In this document: positions 48,811-60,790 of the stretch, piece by piece
Numbering within the stretch: the stretch's first letter is position 1
Layout of the letters: each line of letters begins with the position of its first letter
Origin: Felis catus
Taxonomy: Eukaryota
DNA: 64,000 bases
NCBI RefSeq assembly: GCF_018350175.1
Contig: NC_058368.1
Coordinates: 18,602,001-18,666,000 of the forward strand
Direction: 5' to 3'
Program-made: the position numbers and the translations under genes
Notes under the pieces: model-generated
What the model was told of the DNA's origin: nothing
The model's input: the letters and a program-made list of their open reading frames with translations, nothing else
Database searches by the model: none

Positions 48811-49368
48811 TTCCTTCTGCCGTGTTTTGATCCATTAGGACTGAAAAAAAACTCAAGTCCACACTTCCTATGGCCAAAAAAGCAGCCTTCTTTCTATAAA
48901 GATAGAACTGCTTTGAGGGCTCCCTTGAAGAACCCCACACCCTGTGGCATTCTCTAAACAAACCACAATTTGCCATTCCCCACTACACTTAACATTAGAT
49001 GTTTGTACAATTCTGTAGATATGGCCCACTTTTTGTTCTGGACACTATTCATCCAGATTAAAACTGGGTTAATTTGGGACACACCCACACCAATCTGTGA
49101 GCTCCAGGATCCCACCCCTGCTTCCCATCAGGCAGCTGAGCCCAAATGCACATTATAATTCCTGCTCAAATATTGTCCAGAAATTCGACAGTACAAGACT
49201 GAAGTTCACACATGGCATAAAACAGGACATGGAAAAGTTTCTACGGGGATGTTCAGTTAAGTCTTGTTTATAATAGTGAAAAAAAAAAGTCCCACAATAG
49301 AAAATTAAAGAAATTGTGGTAAATCTATGCAATGTACTACTAAACAACTATTTAAATTATGACATAGA

Positions 49369-49585
49369 GGGGCGCCTGGGTGGCGCAGTCGGTTAAGCGT
49401 CTGACTTCAGCCAGGTCACGATCTTGCGGTCCGTGAGTTCGAGCCCCGCGTCGGGCTCTGGGCTGATGGCTCAGAGCCTGGAGCCTCTTTCCGATTCTGT
49501 GTCTCCCTCTCTCTCTGTCCCTCCCCCGTTCATGCTCTGTCTCTCTGTCCCAAAAATAAATAAACTTTGAAAAAAAAAATTTTTT
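49369..49585 (+). mobile_element. Young felid CanSINE
   Basis: Near-identical to the 6653 copy; TSD aattatgacataga. Confidence 0.96.
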
Positions 49586-49780
49586 AATTATGACATAGAA
49601 ACTTAGCAATGTTCAAAATACATTAAGTGAAAAGTATGTATTGAATGATCCCTTTGGTAAAAATAATTTTGTATGGATATATGTTTATGCATTTATATGT
49701 ATCTGTACAAATGCAAATAATAATAATGCCAAAAATCTTTATACTGGTTATTCATAGGTGATTTTAAATTTTCTCCTCTG

Positions 49781-49782
<2 letters not shown>

Positions 49783-49824
<42 letters not shown>

Positions 49825-50036
49825 ATATATATATATATAATATATATATATATATATTTCAAATTTCCTACATTGTGTATTTTTTATAATCAGGAAAACA
49901 CAATCCAAATGTCTATCTATTGCTATCATTATCTATCTGTATCTATATATCTATACCTGTATCTATACCTATACCTATATCTATATCTATATCTATCTAT
50001 ATATCCATATCCATACCTATATCTATATCTATCTAT
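49783..50036. repeat. Compound microsatellites (CT)n(TA)n and (CTATAT/TATC)n
   Basis: Seen directly at 49783-49858 and ~49912-50036. Confidence 0.9.
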
Positions 50037-50870
50037 GTGTTCTTAGAAATAGGTGAAGGTTTAGCTTATAAGAAAACTCTAGTCCGGAACTTTAAGTTCT
50101 TGGGCAATTCTTAAATCCATTGTTCAAAACCAAGGCTGTCTCAATTTTGGAAACCAAACCTTGTTGAACTTTCCTGGCATTTCCTAAGTTGTGTCACATG
50201 CCCCAATGATATGCCCCACATGACAAGTGTCCAGTTCTTGACAAAGGCTAGAAAAGGCCATTTGATGGCCTTCCTCATCTCTGGTGATTGGTGGCCAGGC
50301 CGAATGCCTCCTGTGCCTCCTCCCCTCTCCCTTATTCCTTCAGCTCATGCTTCCCTCCCACTGACTTGGCACCTCTCTCCACCTCTGCCCCAGATCCTCC
50401 CCTCCCCTCCCCAGGGAGAATGTGTCCTGCCAGCTCTTGCCCCATCAAATGAGGAAAGGGAACTTTCCCTGCTGCTGCCCCATCCTGGGAGGTTTGCTCA
50501 CGAAAGCAACGATCCCCTCGGACCTCAGACAAAGGCTGCTTTGACGCAGCCCCGGATGGGCTTCTGCTCAGAGACAGGACTGGCACACCATCTCAGCACC
50601 TACCTCGGGTCCAACGCCCTCAGCCCTCAGAACCAGCCCCATCTCCTCCTGTCCCACTTGGCTTTGCTGGAGGATGAATTCAGGCAGAATCTTACGGTGC
50701 ACATCAGAAGAGCCAAGGACAATTAAGGTCTGCCCGTCAGTTCTGAAGCCTGACCTGAACAGCTTGTCTCCGGGTGACCTGTAGCCGGGGCAGGTGAGGA
50801 GGTTACCCTGGACCTCTCAGCTGGCAGTCAGCCATGTTGACTGCTTGTCCCTTCCTCCCACCTCATTTTC

Positions 50871-51071
50871 TTTTTTTTTTTTTTTAATTTTTAAAATGTT
50901 TATTTATTTCTGAGAGAGGGAGTGAGCGCGCACGAGCGGGGGAAGGGGCAGAGAGAGAGGGAGACACAGAATCCGAAGCGGGCTCCAGGCTCCCAACTGT
51001 CAGCACAGAGCCCCACGTGGGGTTTGAACCCATGAACCACGAGATCATGACCTGAGCCACCCGGGTGCCCC
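50871..51071 (-). mobile_element. CanSINE with a short internal deletion
   Basis: Antisense SINE; TSD ccacctcattt. Confidence 0.93.
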
Positions 51072-51130
51072 TGCCACCTCATTTCCATTAGGACTCGGAG
51101 AAACCAAAACCACTCCTCACCAGGGAATGC

Positions 51131-51909
51131 TGCCTTACAGGATGACTTATGTCCCCCTCAAAATTCATGTGTTGATGCTCTAAACCCCGGTCCCTCACAA
51201 CGTGACTGTATTTGGAGAGCGGGTCTTCGAAGAGGTAATTAAGCAAGTTTTTTTAAAAAAAGAGGAAGAGCTACAGTAACAGAGAACTTAGAGAACAGAG
51301 GGGGAAATTGTACTCACGATACTGACACCAGAACACGAGAAAATGTAGTCTTGTTTAAAAAAAAAAAATACAAAGCAGAAATGAAGCTAAAATGAGGTCT
51401 TTGGGGGCAGGCCCTCATCCAACAACCCTGGTGACCCTTTAAGAAGGGGAAATCTGGGGGCGCCTGGGTGGCGCAGTCGGTTAAGCGTCCGACTTCAGCC
51501 AGGTCACGATCTCGCGGTCCGTGAGTTCGAGCCCCGCATCGGGCTCTGGGCTGATGGCTCAGAGCCTGGAGCCTGTTTCCGATTCTGTGTCTCCCTCTCT
51601 CTCTGCCCCTCCCCCGTTCATGCTCTGTCTCTCTCTGTCCCAAAAATAAATAAACGTTGAAAAAAAAATTTAAAAAAAAAAAAAGAAGGGGAAATCTGGG
51701 CACAGGCACGCACAGAAGGAAGACCACGTAAAGACGTGGGGAGAAGACGGCCATCCACACATCGAGGAGAGAGGCATCAGAAGAAATCAACCTCGCCAGC
51801 ACCTTGATGGTGGACTCCCAGCCTCCAGAACTGCGAGAAAACACATTTCCGGTGTTTAAGGCACTCTTTCTGCAGTGCTCTGCTGTGGGAGCACAAGCAA
51901 ACTACCACG
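51131..51909 (+). mobile_element. MaLR LTR (MLT1B-like) with two insertions
   Basis: tgtccccctcaaaattcatgtgttga...gtgactgtatttggaga...gaggtaattaag / aaatgaggtc...cagcctccagaactgcgaga...gcaaactac. Confidence 0.85.
51457..51682 (+). mobile_element. Young felid CanSINE inside the MaLR LTR
   Basis: TSD aagaaggggaaatctg on both sides. Confidence 0.96.
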
Positions 51910-52639
51910 GATGTGGAGCAGGCCATCGCTCAGCTGGCACATCAACCCTACAGCCTAAGGTCCGATAAACTTGAAAACATTAAGCCTGCCGTCTTACCCT
52001 CGGATACGTAAACCCTCTGCATCTCCCTTTGCCTTTTTCGCTGACCCCCCGAATTACGTCTACCTTCCAGTGAATAAAACCAGAAAGATGGCGTAATTGT
52101 GGAGCCAGAAGTAAAGCGAATTACTCACTTGGAGACAGACACGGTCACTCCCTCCGCCGTATGACCACCTGCCCTCCCTTGCCCCTCCCCCAGCCAGGGG
52201 GTGCCTTTCTGAGAGCATCACTCAGCAGTTGTTCTTCCAGGCAGGCTTTCTTCGAACCCCTGAACAGTCTCGGCCCAGGGTCACCTGGAGCAGGCAGGGG
52301 CTCTGGGCACAGCATGCAGTCCTGCGGTGGCCCTTTGGGACTGAATGGTGATGACAGAGCGAAGCGTGCAGAAGGATGCTTTTGTTGGACCAGGCAGTTC
52401 AGACTAAATCGGCCTTCCCGAGGACGCGGGAAAGGCTGATATGCATCAGGTACCCTCGCTTTGCCACTTATCAGCAGAGTAACTGTGCCCGTGGTTTGGG
52501 CTCTGTAAGCCTCAGTTTACTCCCCTATAAAATGGGCATAATGTCAGTAGTTACCGAAGGAGAATGCTGGGAGGATTCAAAGAATTAATGTTTGTCAACT
52601 GCTTTGCAGAGACTAAGTGCTTTAAAAAATGTCAGGAGT

Positions 52640-52838
52640 GGGGTGCCTGGGTGGCTGTGTTGGTTAGGCGTCTGACTCTTGATCTCATCTCGGGTCTTGA
52701 TCTCAGGGTCGTGAGTTCAAGCCCGGCACTGGGCTCCACGCTGGGCATGAAGCCTGCTTGATATTCCCTCTCTCTCCCTCTCTTTCTACCCTACCCACGC
52801 ACTCTCTCTCAAAATAAATAAACACGCTTTAAAAAAAA
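52640..52838 (+). mobile_element. CanSINE inserted in a MIR
   Basis: ggggtgcctgggtggctg head, CT tract, A tail. Confidence 0.92.
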
Positions 52839-52848
52839 TTAACAAGGC

Positions 52849-53065
52849 GGGGGCGCCTGGGTGGCGCAGTCGGTTAAGCGTCCGACTTCAGCCAGGTCAC
52901 GATCTCGCGGTCCGTGAGTTCGAGCCCCGCGTCGGGCTCTGGGCTGATGGCTCAGAGCCTGGAGCCTGTTTCTGATTCTGTGTCTCCCTCTCTCTGCCCC
53001 TCCCCCGTTCATGCTCTGTCTCTCTCTGTCCCAAAAATAAATAAACGTTGAAAAAAAAAATTAAA
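52849..53065 (+). mobile_element. Young felid CanSINE inserted at the tail of the preceding SINE
   Basis: TSD aaaaaaaattaacaaggc at 52831-52848 and 53066-53083. Confidence 0.96.
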
Positions 53066-54407
53066 AAAAAAAATTAACAAGGCTTCCTGAACGTGACAAA
53101 TAAAAATGATTACCTTTCCTACCTTTAAAAAATAATAATAATAATAAAGTTTATTGAAAAGCGCTAGTCGTGTGGCAATGGTAGTGATGGTGACCGTGAC
53201 CACCACCGGCACCTTCTGAAACACCTACAAAAGCAACAGGCCAAGAGCAACTGAACCACCCCCAGACCGTACCCCTCTCCCCCCGTGTCAGCCCTCTCAC
53301 AGCGGGAAAAGGACCACTTCCGTGGACAGGCAGAAAGTGTGCCCAGAACGCGGTGTGATCTCATTAAATGTTCAAATAACGGGATTTTGGACAGATCCTC
53401 CCCAAAGGAAACTCAAGCAAGTGCCCTGCTCACAGAGGGCGGTGGGATCCCCTCTGCAGCTGGGAGCACAGTGGGCCGTGAGCAAGGGCTCGGCCAGGCT
53501 GGCTGGGCATATGGTGCTGGCTCCGTCTCTCACTTCTCCTAAGCTGCCCTTCTGTGTTTGCTCGTCTGCGGACTGGATACCGTAAAAATAGCACCTACTT
53601 CATAGGGTTGTTTTCAGAATTAGATGCAATCCTGTCCACGTAAAGCAACGGAGTCGGCACCTCCACATAGAGTTAATGTGCAGTAACATTAGTGGTCGGT
53701 ATAACGGTTTGTTTTCAGAAGGCATGACTTTGATTCCTGTCACCTATCCGTGAGGTTTTGAGCAAATTGTGGTCTTCTCCCTAAGCTTTGGTCACCATAC
53801 GCACAGGGTCGGAGCAAGTCTGTGAGAGCGTCGTGTGCTGCCCTCACCCTTAAATTACTTGCATTTCTTACAGAGCCAGGCACAAAAATGCTTGTGGAAT
53901 AAATGAATACAAAACCCCATGGTATGACTCTTATCTAACTGCCTGATGAACATTTCAGTTAACATTGAAGTAGTCCTGAGTGGTTCGGGACCTGTGGCCC
54001 ATCAGGTGCAGTGGGTTCGGTTGAGCTCACAGAGCAGCAACCACCTTGCTTCTGGTTTTCAGGATGATTGGCTGGTGCCATCAAGCTAAACGCATCTCAG
54101 CAACACCGAGCCTCGATCTTGCCTCCCCAGCATCTTCCTGAATAAAGGTCGCCTTTGTCCATCTAAAAGATTGAGTAGAAGATACGCTGTGGCAACCTGA
54201 CAGCTGTGTCGTCTGTGGATAGGGTCAGTGTCAAAACAAATAGCGAGCTATTTTCTCTTCATATAGGAGCGCTTAAAGTCTACTCCTTCAGATGTGGCTC
54301 AGCTTTCCTCCAACTGTGCTCTAGCTTTGTGCCTGCAAGTTCCTCTTCTTAACCAAACTCGTCCCAAAAAGTTGTTCATTTTAATGGCCCTGGGTCAACA
54401 GTGGCAG

Positions 54408-54505
54408 AAGGAAGGAAGGAAGGAAAGAAGGAAGGAAGGAAGGAAGGAAGGAAAGAAGGAAAGGAAAGGAAAGGAAAGGAAAGGAAAGGAAAGGAAAGGA
54501 AAGAA
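54408..54505. repeat. (GGAA)n/(GGAAA)n microsatellite
   Basis: Seen directly. Confidence 0.92.
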
Positions 54506-55906
54506 GGAGGAGCAGAGAGAAATTATGGTTCAGGGGAATTTTGATTCCATGGATTAGTCAGAAACCATTAATACTGACTAATCGTGTCTCAACTTGCCCC
54601 CTCAGAACTCTGGAATGAAGCAAATCCCCTTGTGGGCTCTACCGGAGCATGTTAATTCTAATAAGATGAACTGGCCATTCCAGTAATTCATCTCAAGAAA
54701 ACTTTCCTGGAAAGCTCTAGTTTCTCCCACAAGAAAATATGGTGAAAATGTATTAAGATGCTTAAGATTAGGGGGACTTTTCGACATGCAGGCACCCTGA
54801 AGGCACACTGACTTTGCAGCCAGCCTTTGCTTGCCGTGTGGGCTCACGAGACAGGGCTGAACAGGGACCCGACGGGTCTCTGGCCCTTCTCGGGTCTCTT
54901 TCCTCTCTTGAAAATGAAGCCCAGGGATTCTGCCAGGGTCAAGAAGATCAAGTGCATAGAGGGCTTTGAACTCCTTAGAGATACAGCCTTCTTTAAATGC
55001 TGTTTTATCATCAGATACCACTTTTAAATGTGTGCTTGTCTAACCAAGGGGCCCTCCTTGAGGACCGCCTATAGCCCTAATGGTCAGTGTTTACTGGGAG
55101 GCATTCCACTTCCCAGCTATCGCCTCCACCTTTTCCTACTGCCCTACTGCCCAGCCGACAAAGAACTAGGGAAAGCCACCACAACAAAGAGTAAAGGACA
55201 TAAACATCCGTGGGCTACCTCGCCCTGTGAGAAAGGGATTAGTATCACCATACCCTAAAGAAACGGGCTCAGGAAGGTGAAGTAATAGGCAGAAGTGTAA
55301 CCAGGTTTTCTGGGGCACCCAACGGTTGATTGCTCTTCATATTCAACAATACCACTGTCCCCAAAAGAGCTCCAAAGATTGCCCAGACCGCCCCGTCAGA
55401 GGTGAGAGGTGTTGGCCAGGACCTGGTTAATGAGCTGGAGTCATAAACAAGTGCAGGTTTGTTTGTTATTACAAAAGACGACATTGCTCATCAGACTGAA
55501 ATCTCATTTTCCAGGGGAGATACTGACTCGTCCCCCAGCCATTCTTAACCTAGCTCTGGCCTCCTCTCTGGTGACTGGCGGTGAGCCCATCTCATCCCCC
55601 CCAGACTTTGTGCCCTGCGGACAGGCAGTGAGGAAACAACAGGGGTGAAGGGAAATTGTTCTGCAACCTTGCCTCTCTCCTCTCGCACCTCACACGTTAC
55701 CTCCTTGGTTTTCCATGACTTCCAGTCTCTCCCCTCTCCAGCACATTCTACAAACAAGGATCCTCACTAGGGCTCAGACAGATCTACGTGGAAATCCATG
55801 GCCCTCATGCTTGGACATGCTCTTTCACTATGTTTCACTTTCTTCAGCTGTAAAATGTTGGGGAAGACGGTTGCCGGGAAGATTCAATAAGAAAATACAT
55901 CTATTA

Positions 55907-56226
55907 TATCATATGTTTTCACTCATATGTGGAACTTGAGAAACTTAACAGAAGACCATGGGGAAAGGGAAGGGGAAAAATAAGTTACAAACAGAGAGGG
56001 AAGCAAACCATAAGAGACTCTTAAATACAGAGAACAAACTGAGGGTTGATGGTTGTGGGGGGTCAGGGGGTCGGGGAAAACGGTTGAGGAGGGCACTTGT
56101 TGGGATGAGCACTGGGTGTTGTATGGAAGCGATGAATCATGGGAATGTACCCCAAAAACCAAGAGCACACTGTATACATTGTATGTTAGCCAACTTGACA
56201 ATAAATTATATTAAGAAAGAAAGAAA

Positions 56227-56278
<52 letters not shown>

Positions 56279-56292
56279 AAAAGACAGACAGA
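55907..56292 (+). mobile_element. Felis-type L1 3' end with (GAAA)n tail
   Basis: tatcatatgttttcactcatatgtggaac...gatgagcactgggtgttg; TSD aagaaaatacatctatta / aagaaaatgtatccatta. Confidence 0.94.
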
Positions 56293-56327
56293 AAGAAAAT
56301 GTATCCATTAAAAGAACTTGGCCTAGA

Positions 56328-56515
56328 GGGGCGCCTGGGTGGCTCAGTCGGTTAAGCGTCCGGCTTCGGCTCGGGTCATGATCTCACGGTTCATGGGTTT
56401 GAGCCGTGCGTTGGGCTCTGTGCTGACAGTGCAGAGTCCACTTGGGATTCTTTCTCTCCCTCTCTCTGCCCCTTCCCCACTCTCCGAAAATAAATAAACT
56501 TTAAAAAATAAAATA
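56328..56515 (+). mobile_element. CanSINE
   Basis: ggggcgcctgggtggctcagtcggttaagcg head. Confidence 0.94.
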
Positions 56516-56981
56516 AAGGTACTTAGCATAGTGCCTGCACGTACAAAATAGTAACTGTATATGGTGATTTCTTTTTTCGGAAGCCTACAATGGTTATTAC
56601 CCCTCAATTAAAACTCATTATGGCTTTTAGGCTCTTCCACAGGTGGACCTTTTCCTCATATTCGTTTATTCTTTCACTCATCAACTGTTGAGTATCTGCC
56701 ACATGCCTGGCGACAGCAGCTAAAACACCTGCCCTCACGAGATCTAGACCAGAGTGGACAGGACTAGAACAAAGAATAATAAACAAATAAGAGAGCAGAG
56801 ATTTAAAGGAAGATGGAGACAGAGTCATCCAGGTATGTGGGGGAAGGGGGAGCCAGGAAAGGAGAATGGCATGAGCAAAGGCCCTGCGGCTGGAAAGTAC
56901 TTGCCGTGTTGAGAGCGCAGAGTGAAGGTGGTGGACTGTCCAGCTGGAGGAGCACAAGGGCACAGTGGGAGGACCCGAGGG

Positions 56982-57372
56982 CAGGGCCGGGACTAGACTA
57001 GCGTAAGGGGAGTGAGGCATTCACCTCAGGGGGAACAACGAGGGGCACCCAAAAGCTCAGTACTCAAGACAAATTACATTTTAATGCAGTAGTTATAAAA
57101 ATCAAAATTCATGCAAAAATCCATGATAGGCAAAATATAAGTATTTTTCACAAAGACAGGATCGGTACGAGCAACTCTCCCTTTTGCCTCAGGCTCTAAT
57201 ACTGGTCTTGGCCCAGGCACTGGTGTCACTGTTCCTGTTTATTTAAATTTTGCACTGATTTAGAGTTCTAAAAACAGTTTATTAAAACTTGACTCATCTT
57301 GATAACGGAGCTTTTTGGCTCCTCCTTAAACTTGGGCCTGGAGCAAAAGCGCTACCCTCGTCCCAGTCGGGT
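56982..57372 (+). mobile_element. MER96B-like hAT-Tip100 DNA transposon inside an L2 relic
   Basis: cagggccgggactag...gagtgaggcattcacctcagg...aaaatcaaaattcatgcaaaaatccatga...ttttgcctcaggctc. Confidence 0.75.
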
Positions 57373-58766
57373 GTCCGAGAGGAGCAGAGGCCGGGCAGGG
57401 TAGAGCCTTTTAGGCCCCTGCATGTGTGAGATACGAGCTCACGTGGACCTCACCTGCTTTAGGGGCCTCTAGTCGCTGCCCCCTACATGTGAGCCATCCT
57501 CAGTGCTCCGTCACTGCACACGCTATGGCCCCTGTCCTCCTTCCCCAAACTCCCCATCCCAGGTCCAGAGGCGGCTTTGTCTGCGAGGCAGTAGAATTTA
57601 TAACAAAATGTGATTATTGGCACAGGGCGCATTCATTCAACAGGACCTGCTGGTAAGCACCTCCTACACGCCAGGCACCGGCCAAATCAAGGGGGTATGA
57701 CAATGAGCAAGACATCCGTGGAGTCCGGGCCACCGGCCCCTCATAACCCCAGCTGGCCTCACAGAAGAAACTGGACGCCGAGTCCAGATGGCAGCCTCGG
57801 GCTCCCGGAGGCAGGGGAGCCAGCAGCCACAAGATGTGGCTTCGGGAACCTGGCCGCCCTGCCCTGCCGAGAAGCCGCGGGTCCCGGGTGCGCCCTCATC
57901 CGGAAAGTGGAGATGACCAGACCCACCTCACAGGGCTCTTGTGAGGTGTGGGGTGCGGGACATCCGTGAGGATTCTTAAGGCAGCGCTGAAGAGCTTTCT
58001 CTCTCTCTCCTGACCTACAGTGATGCCTCTTTGGATCACCGAGCGTAAATACGAGCTGGGGAGCGGACGCCAGGCTTCTCCAGCGGCGCCCGGCTCCCGC
58101 AGGGAGGCAGACGGCAGCAGACGTAAGGAAGCCGGGCGGCCAGGACTGATCAGAGGGCTGAGATGCTGCCAGCTTCACTCTCGGGGCTTGTGCATGAACT
58201 GTCACATCTCAGCTCTCACCAGCTCTCGGTTGTGACAGACGGGTTCCTGCAGGCGCAACACCCTCTTCCCTGCCACCCCCGACGTTAACACCTCCAGCTG
58301 AAAAATCTCGTGCTGCGCAGGAGAGCGGCTTTCCAGACGCTGGAAGAAATCCGCGAGCACCGGGTCTCCTGGCAGGGTAGGGTGGGAAGCTGGCGCCCAC
58401 ATCTGTAACTGGTCGTCTGTTGAATCACAGAGTTTGCAGCAAGATTCCCTTTGCGGAGCAGAGAGGACCTACGGATCTCCAACCTGAGTGATTCGGATTG
58501 GCAAGGAGCCCGAGCCGCCTGTCCATTTTATGATCTTCAGTTTTGTGTGTCTCCACCTCAGAATTTCAGACCAGTGAGAGGCCAGAGCCCCTCTCTGGGG
58601 TATGTTTGGGGAGAGCCAGAAACAAGGATGCACGGGGCGCTGGGCCTTTAGAACTGGAAGGCCCCACAAAGGACAACTAGCCCAGTCACTTTCAAATATT
58701 CTTTTGAGCAGGGTAAACCTCTTTAGCCCAAATATAATCATATGTATAAACTTCATGTGTATGCTT

Positions 58767-58985
58767 TTATTTATTTATTTTTAATATTTTTAAATATTTA
58801 TTTATTTTTGAGAAAGAAAGAGAGAGTGCATGGGCAGAGGGAGGCAGAGAGAGGGAGACACAGAATCTGAAGCAGCCTCCAGGCTCTGAGCTGTCAGCAC
58901 CGAGCCTGACATGGGGCTCGAACCTTGAGATCATGACCCCAGCAGAAGTCAGACTCTTAATGGACTGAGCCATCCAGGTGCCCTT
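58767..58985 (-). mobile_element. CanSINE
   Basis: Antisense SINE ending gagccatccaggtgcccc. Confidence 0.94.
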
Positions 58986-59060
58986 CCATATGTATATTTT
59001 TAAAAAGAAGGGGGAAAAAAAAAGGAAGAAGGAAAAGATGCTCTCTTCTGTGTTTCTGGA

Positions 59061-59252
59061 CAGTGATGCTATTGAAAATTTGGACACAAGTCTTCATTTG
59101 GTGGGGCAGTCCTGTAAATATTAGGATATTTAATATCCCTGGTCCCCATCTCTACATATCAGTAGCTCCTCGCACCCCAAATGACTGAAGCTCTAAAGCT
59201 CCCACACATTTCCAAATGCCCTCCACAGGTACCGCTCCCACTTGAGAATTCA
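59061..59252 (+). mobile_element. MER20-like hAT DNA transposon
   Basis: tattgaaaatttggac...ggtggggcagtcctgt...taggatatttaatatccctggtcc...acatttccaaatgccc...cacttgagaa. Confidence 0.6.
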
Positions 59253-60601
59253 TCTAATTGTGGGTGCACAACTGGGTTTGTGGGGCAGGGGCGACTTTTG
59301 ACCTGAGATGATGCCCCTGAACCTGGGCTCTGCAGAACACCCTCTGAAAACCACACACACCCTTTGACAACACCTGATGTAGCCACATTCTCTCTGTGCC
59401 GCCAGGAGTAAGCCATTTAGCCTCTCTGCGCCTCAATTTCTTCTTCTGCAAAATGGGGATGATAATAATGGGCTTTTGTGAGGGCCAGATGAGATGCTGT
59501 ATAGAAGCTTGCTTTGTAGACTCTCCAGCCCTCTGCTGATGCCCGGCATCGCCCCTCATACTACCCTGGGCATGTAAAGGACACTGTAATCCTAGCCTTT
59601 GAAAAGACTTACCATGGAAACCAAATAATAAGAGCAAAAAGCTCAATCGTGAGGCTTCCACTGAAACCTGCTTCTATTCACGTTCCTTGTACACACAGCC
59701 CCGAGAAGACCACGGTTGTATTCGGCTCCCACTGAGACACCTACTTTCTCTTTTGTAAGCGGCCACGACAATCCACCAGCATCGGCCTGCAGCAAAGGCT
59801 CAGCCAGCACGTCTCCAATGCCCACAACTTAGAGAACACTGCTTAGCAGACCTCAAGGGCTTTCTTTATTACCCCAACGGGTGTGGAGGACTTGAAAATA
59901 CACCAGGAAAAAAGTTACAGACAGATGCCCTCCCCCAACTTCATACCTGTAACCAGGTGGCGATGTCACCAATTTGTTATCAGACTTTTGATAGATTGGA
60001 ATCTAGTTGGCGCAAAAAGGTTGAGATTCTCATTGAAAGGGGAATCGCAATGACATCACATCATTGAGGCCTTTTCTCCCCCCGCCCACTCCCCATATAA
60101 TCTGAAAGGCACTCTTCGAAAGAGAAGATTGTGCAAGTATATTTTTCAGGATGAACTGAACAAAGAAATCCATTGGGACTTCATCCCAAACTGGAGCCGA
60201 CCTTTTTGAGTTCCAGATCTTATTAGGTGATATAGTTAGGTTTATTTATTTCTCTTTTCCTCTATTTCTCATTCTTGTGTTCAGGGTCTGCCCTGAAAGG
60301 AGGAGTGTCCTTCACACATTCCCAAGTAAGCACCAGGAGGAGGGCTTAGGACCAGCTTTGCAGAATAAAATCTCACAATACCACCCCATATGCCTTTCCT
60401 TCGGCCCGCTCCACCCTCGGCAACGGTTCCATCTAGTTCGGGCTAAATACAGCTTCTGGGTTTGAAGAGAAAACGCTTGAAATGGCTTCGCTGGCTTCCT
60501 CAAGACACCCAAGAGAGTCTACGAGGGTAAATCCAACAGAAATACGCAGCACATGATCTGATTCCTATAGAAACATACCTGCGCTTAAGAGAAATAGAAA
60601 C

Positions 60602-60725
60602 GGGGCGCCTGGGTGGCTCAGTATCTGACTTTGCCTCATGTCATCATCTCAGAGTTCATGGGTTCAAGCCCCACGTCGGGCTTTGGATTCTCTGTCTCCT
60701 TCTCTTTGCCGCCCCGGCTGCTTGC

Positions 60726-60764
<39 letters not shown>

Positions 60765-60790
60765 AAATAAATAAATATTAAATAAAAGAA
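60602..60790 (+). mobile_element. CanSINE with internal deletions
   Basis: ggggcgcctgggtggctcag head, (CT)n; TSD agagaaatagaaa. Confidence 0.92.

Noticed and set aside
58298..58376. Protein-looking 79-nt exon (LKNLVLRRRAAFQTLEEIREHRVSWQ)
   Set aside because: Mediocre splice sites and no recognised homology; within chance expectation for 64 kb
59613..59661. Immunoglobulin kappa V leader exon (resembles MEAPAQLLFLLLLW)
   Set aside because: No ATG, no octamer seen upstream, and no V exon or recombination signal downstream
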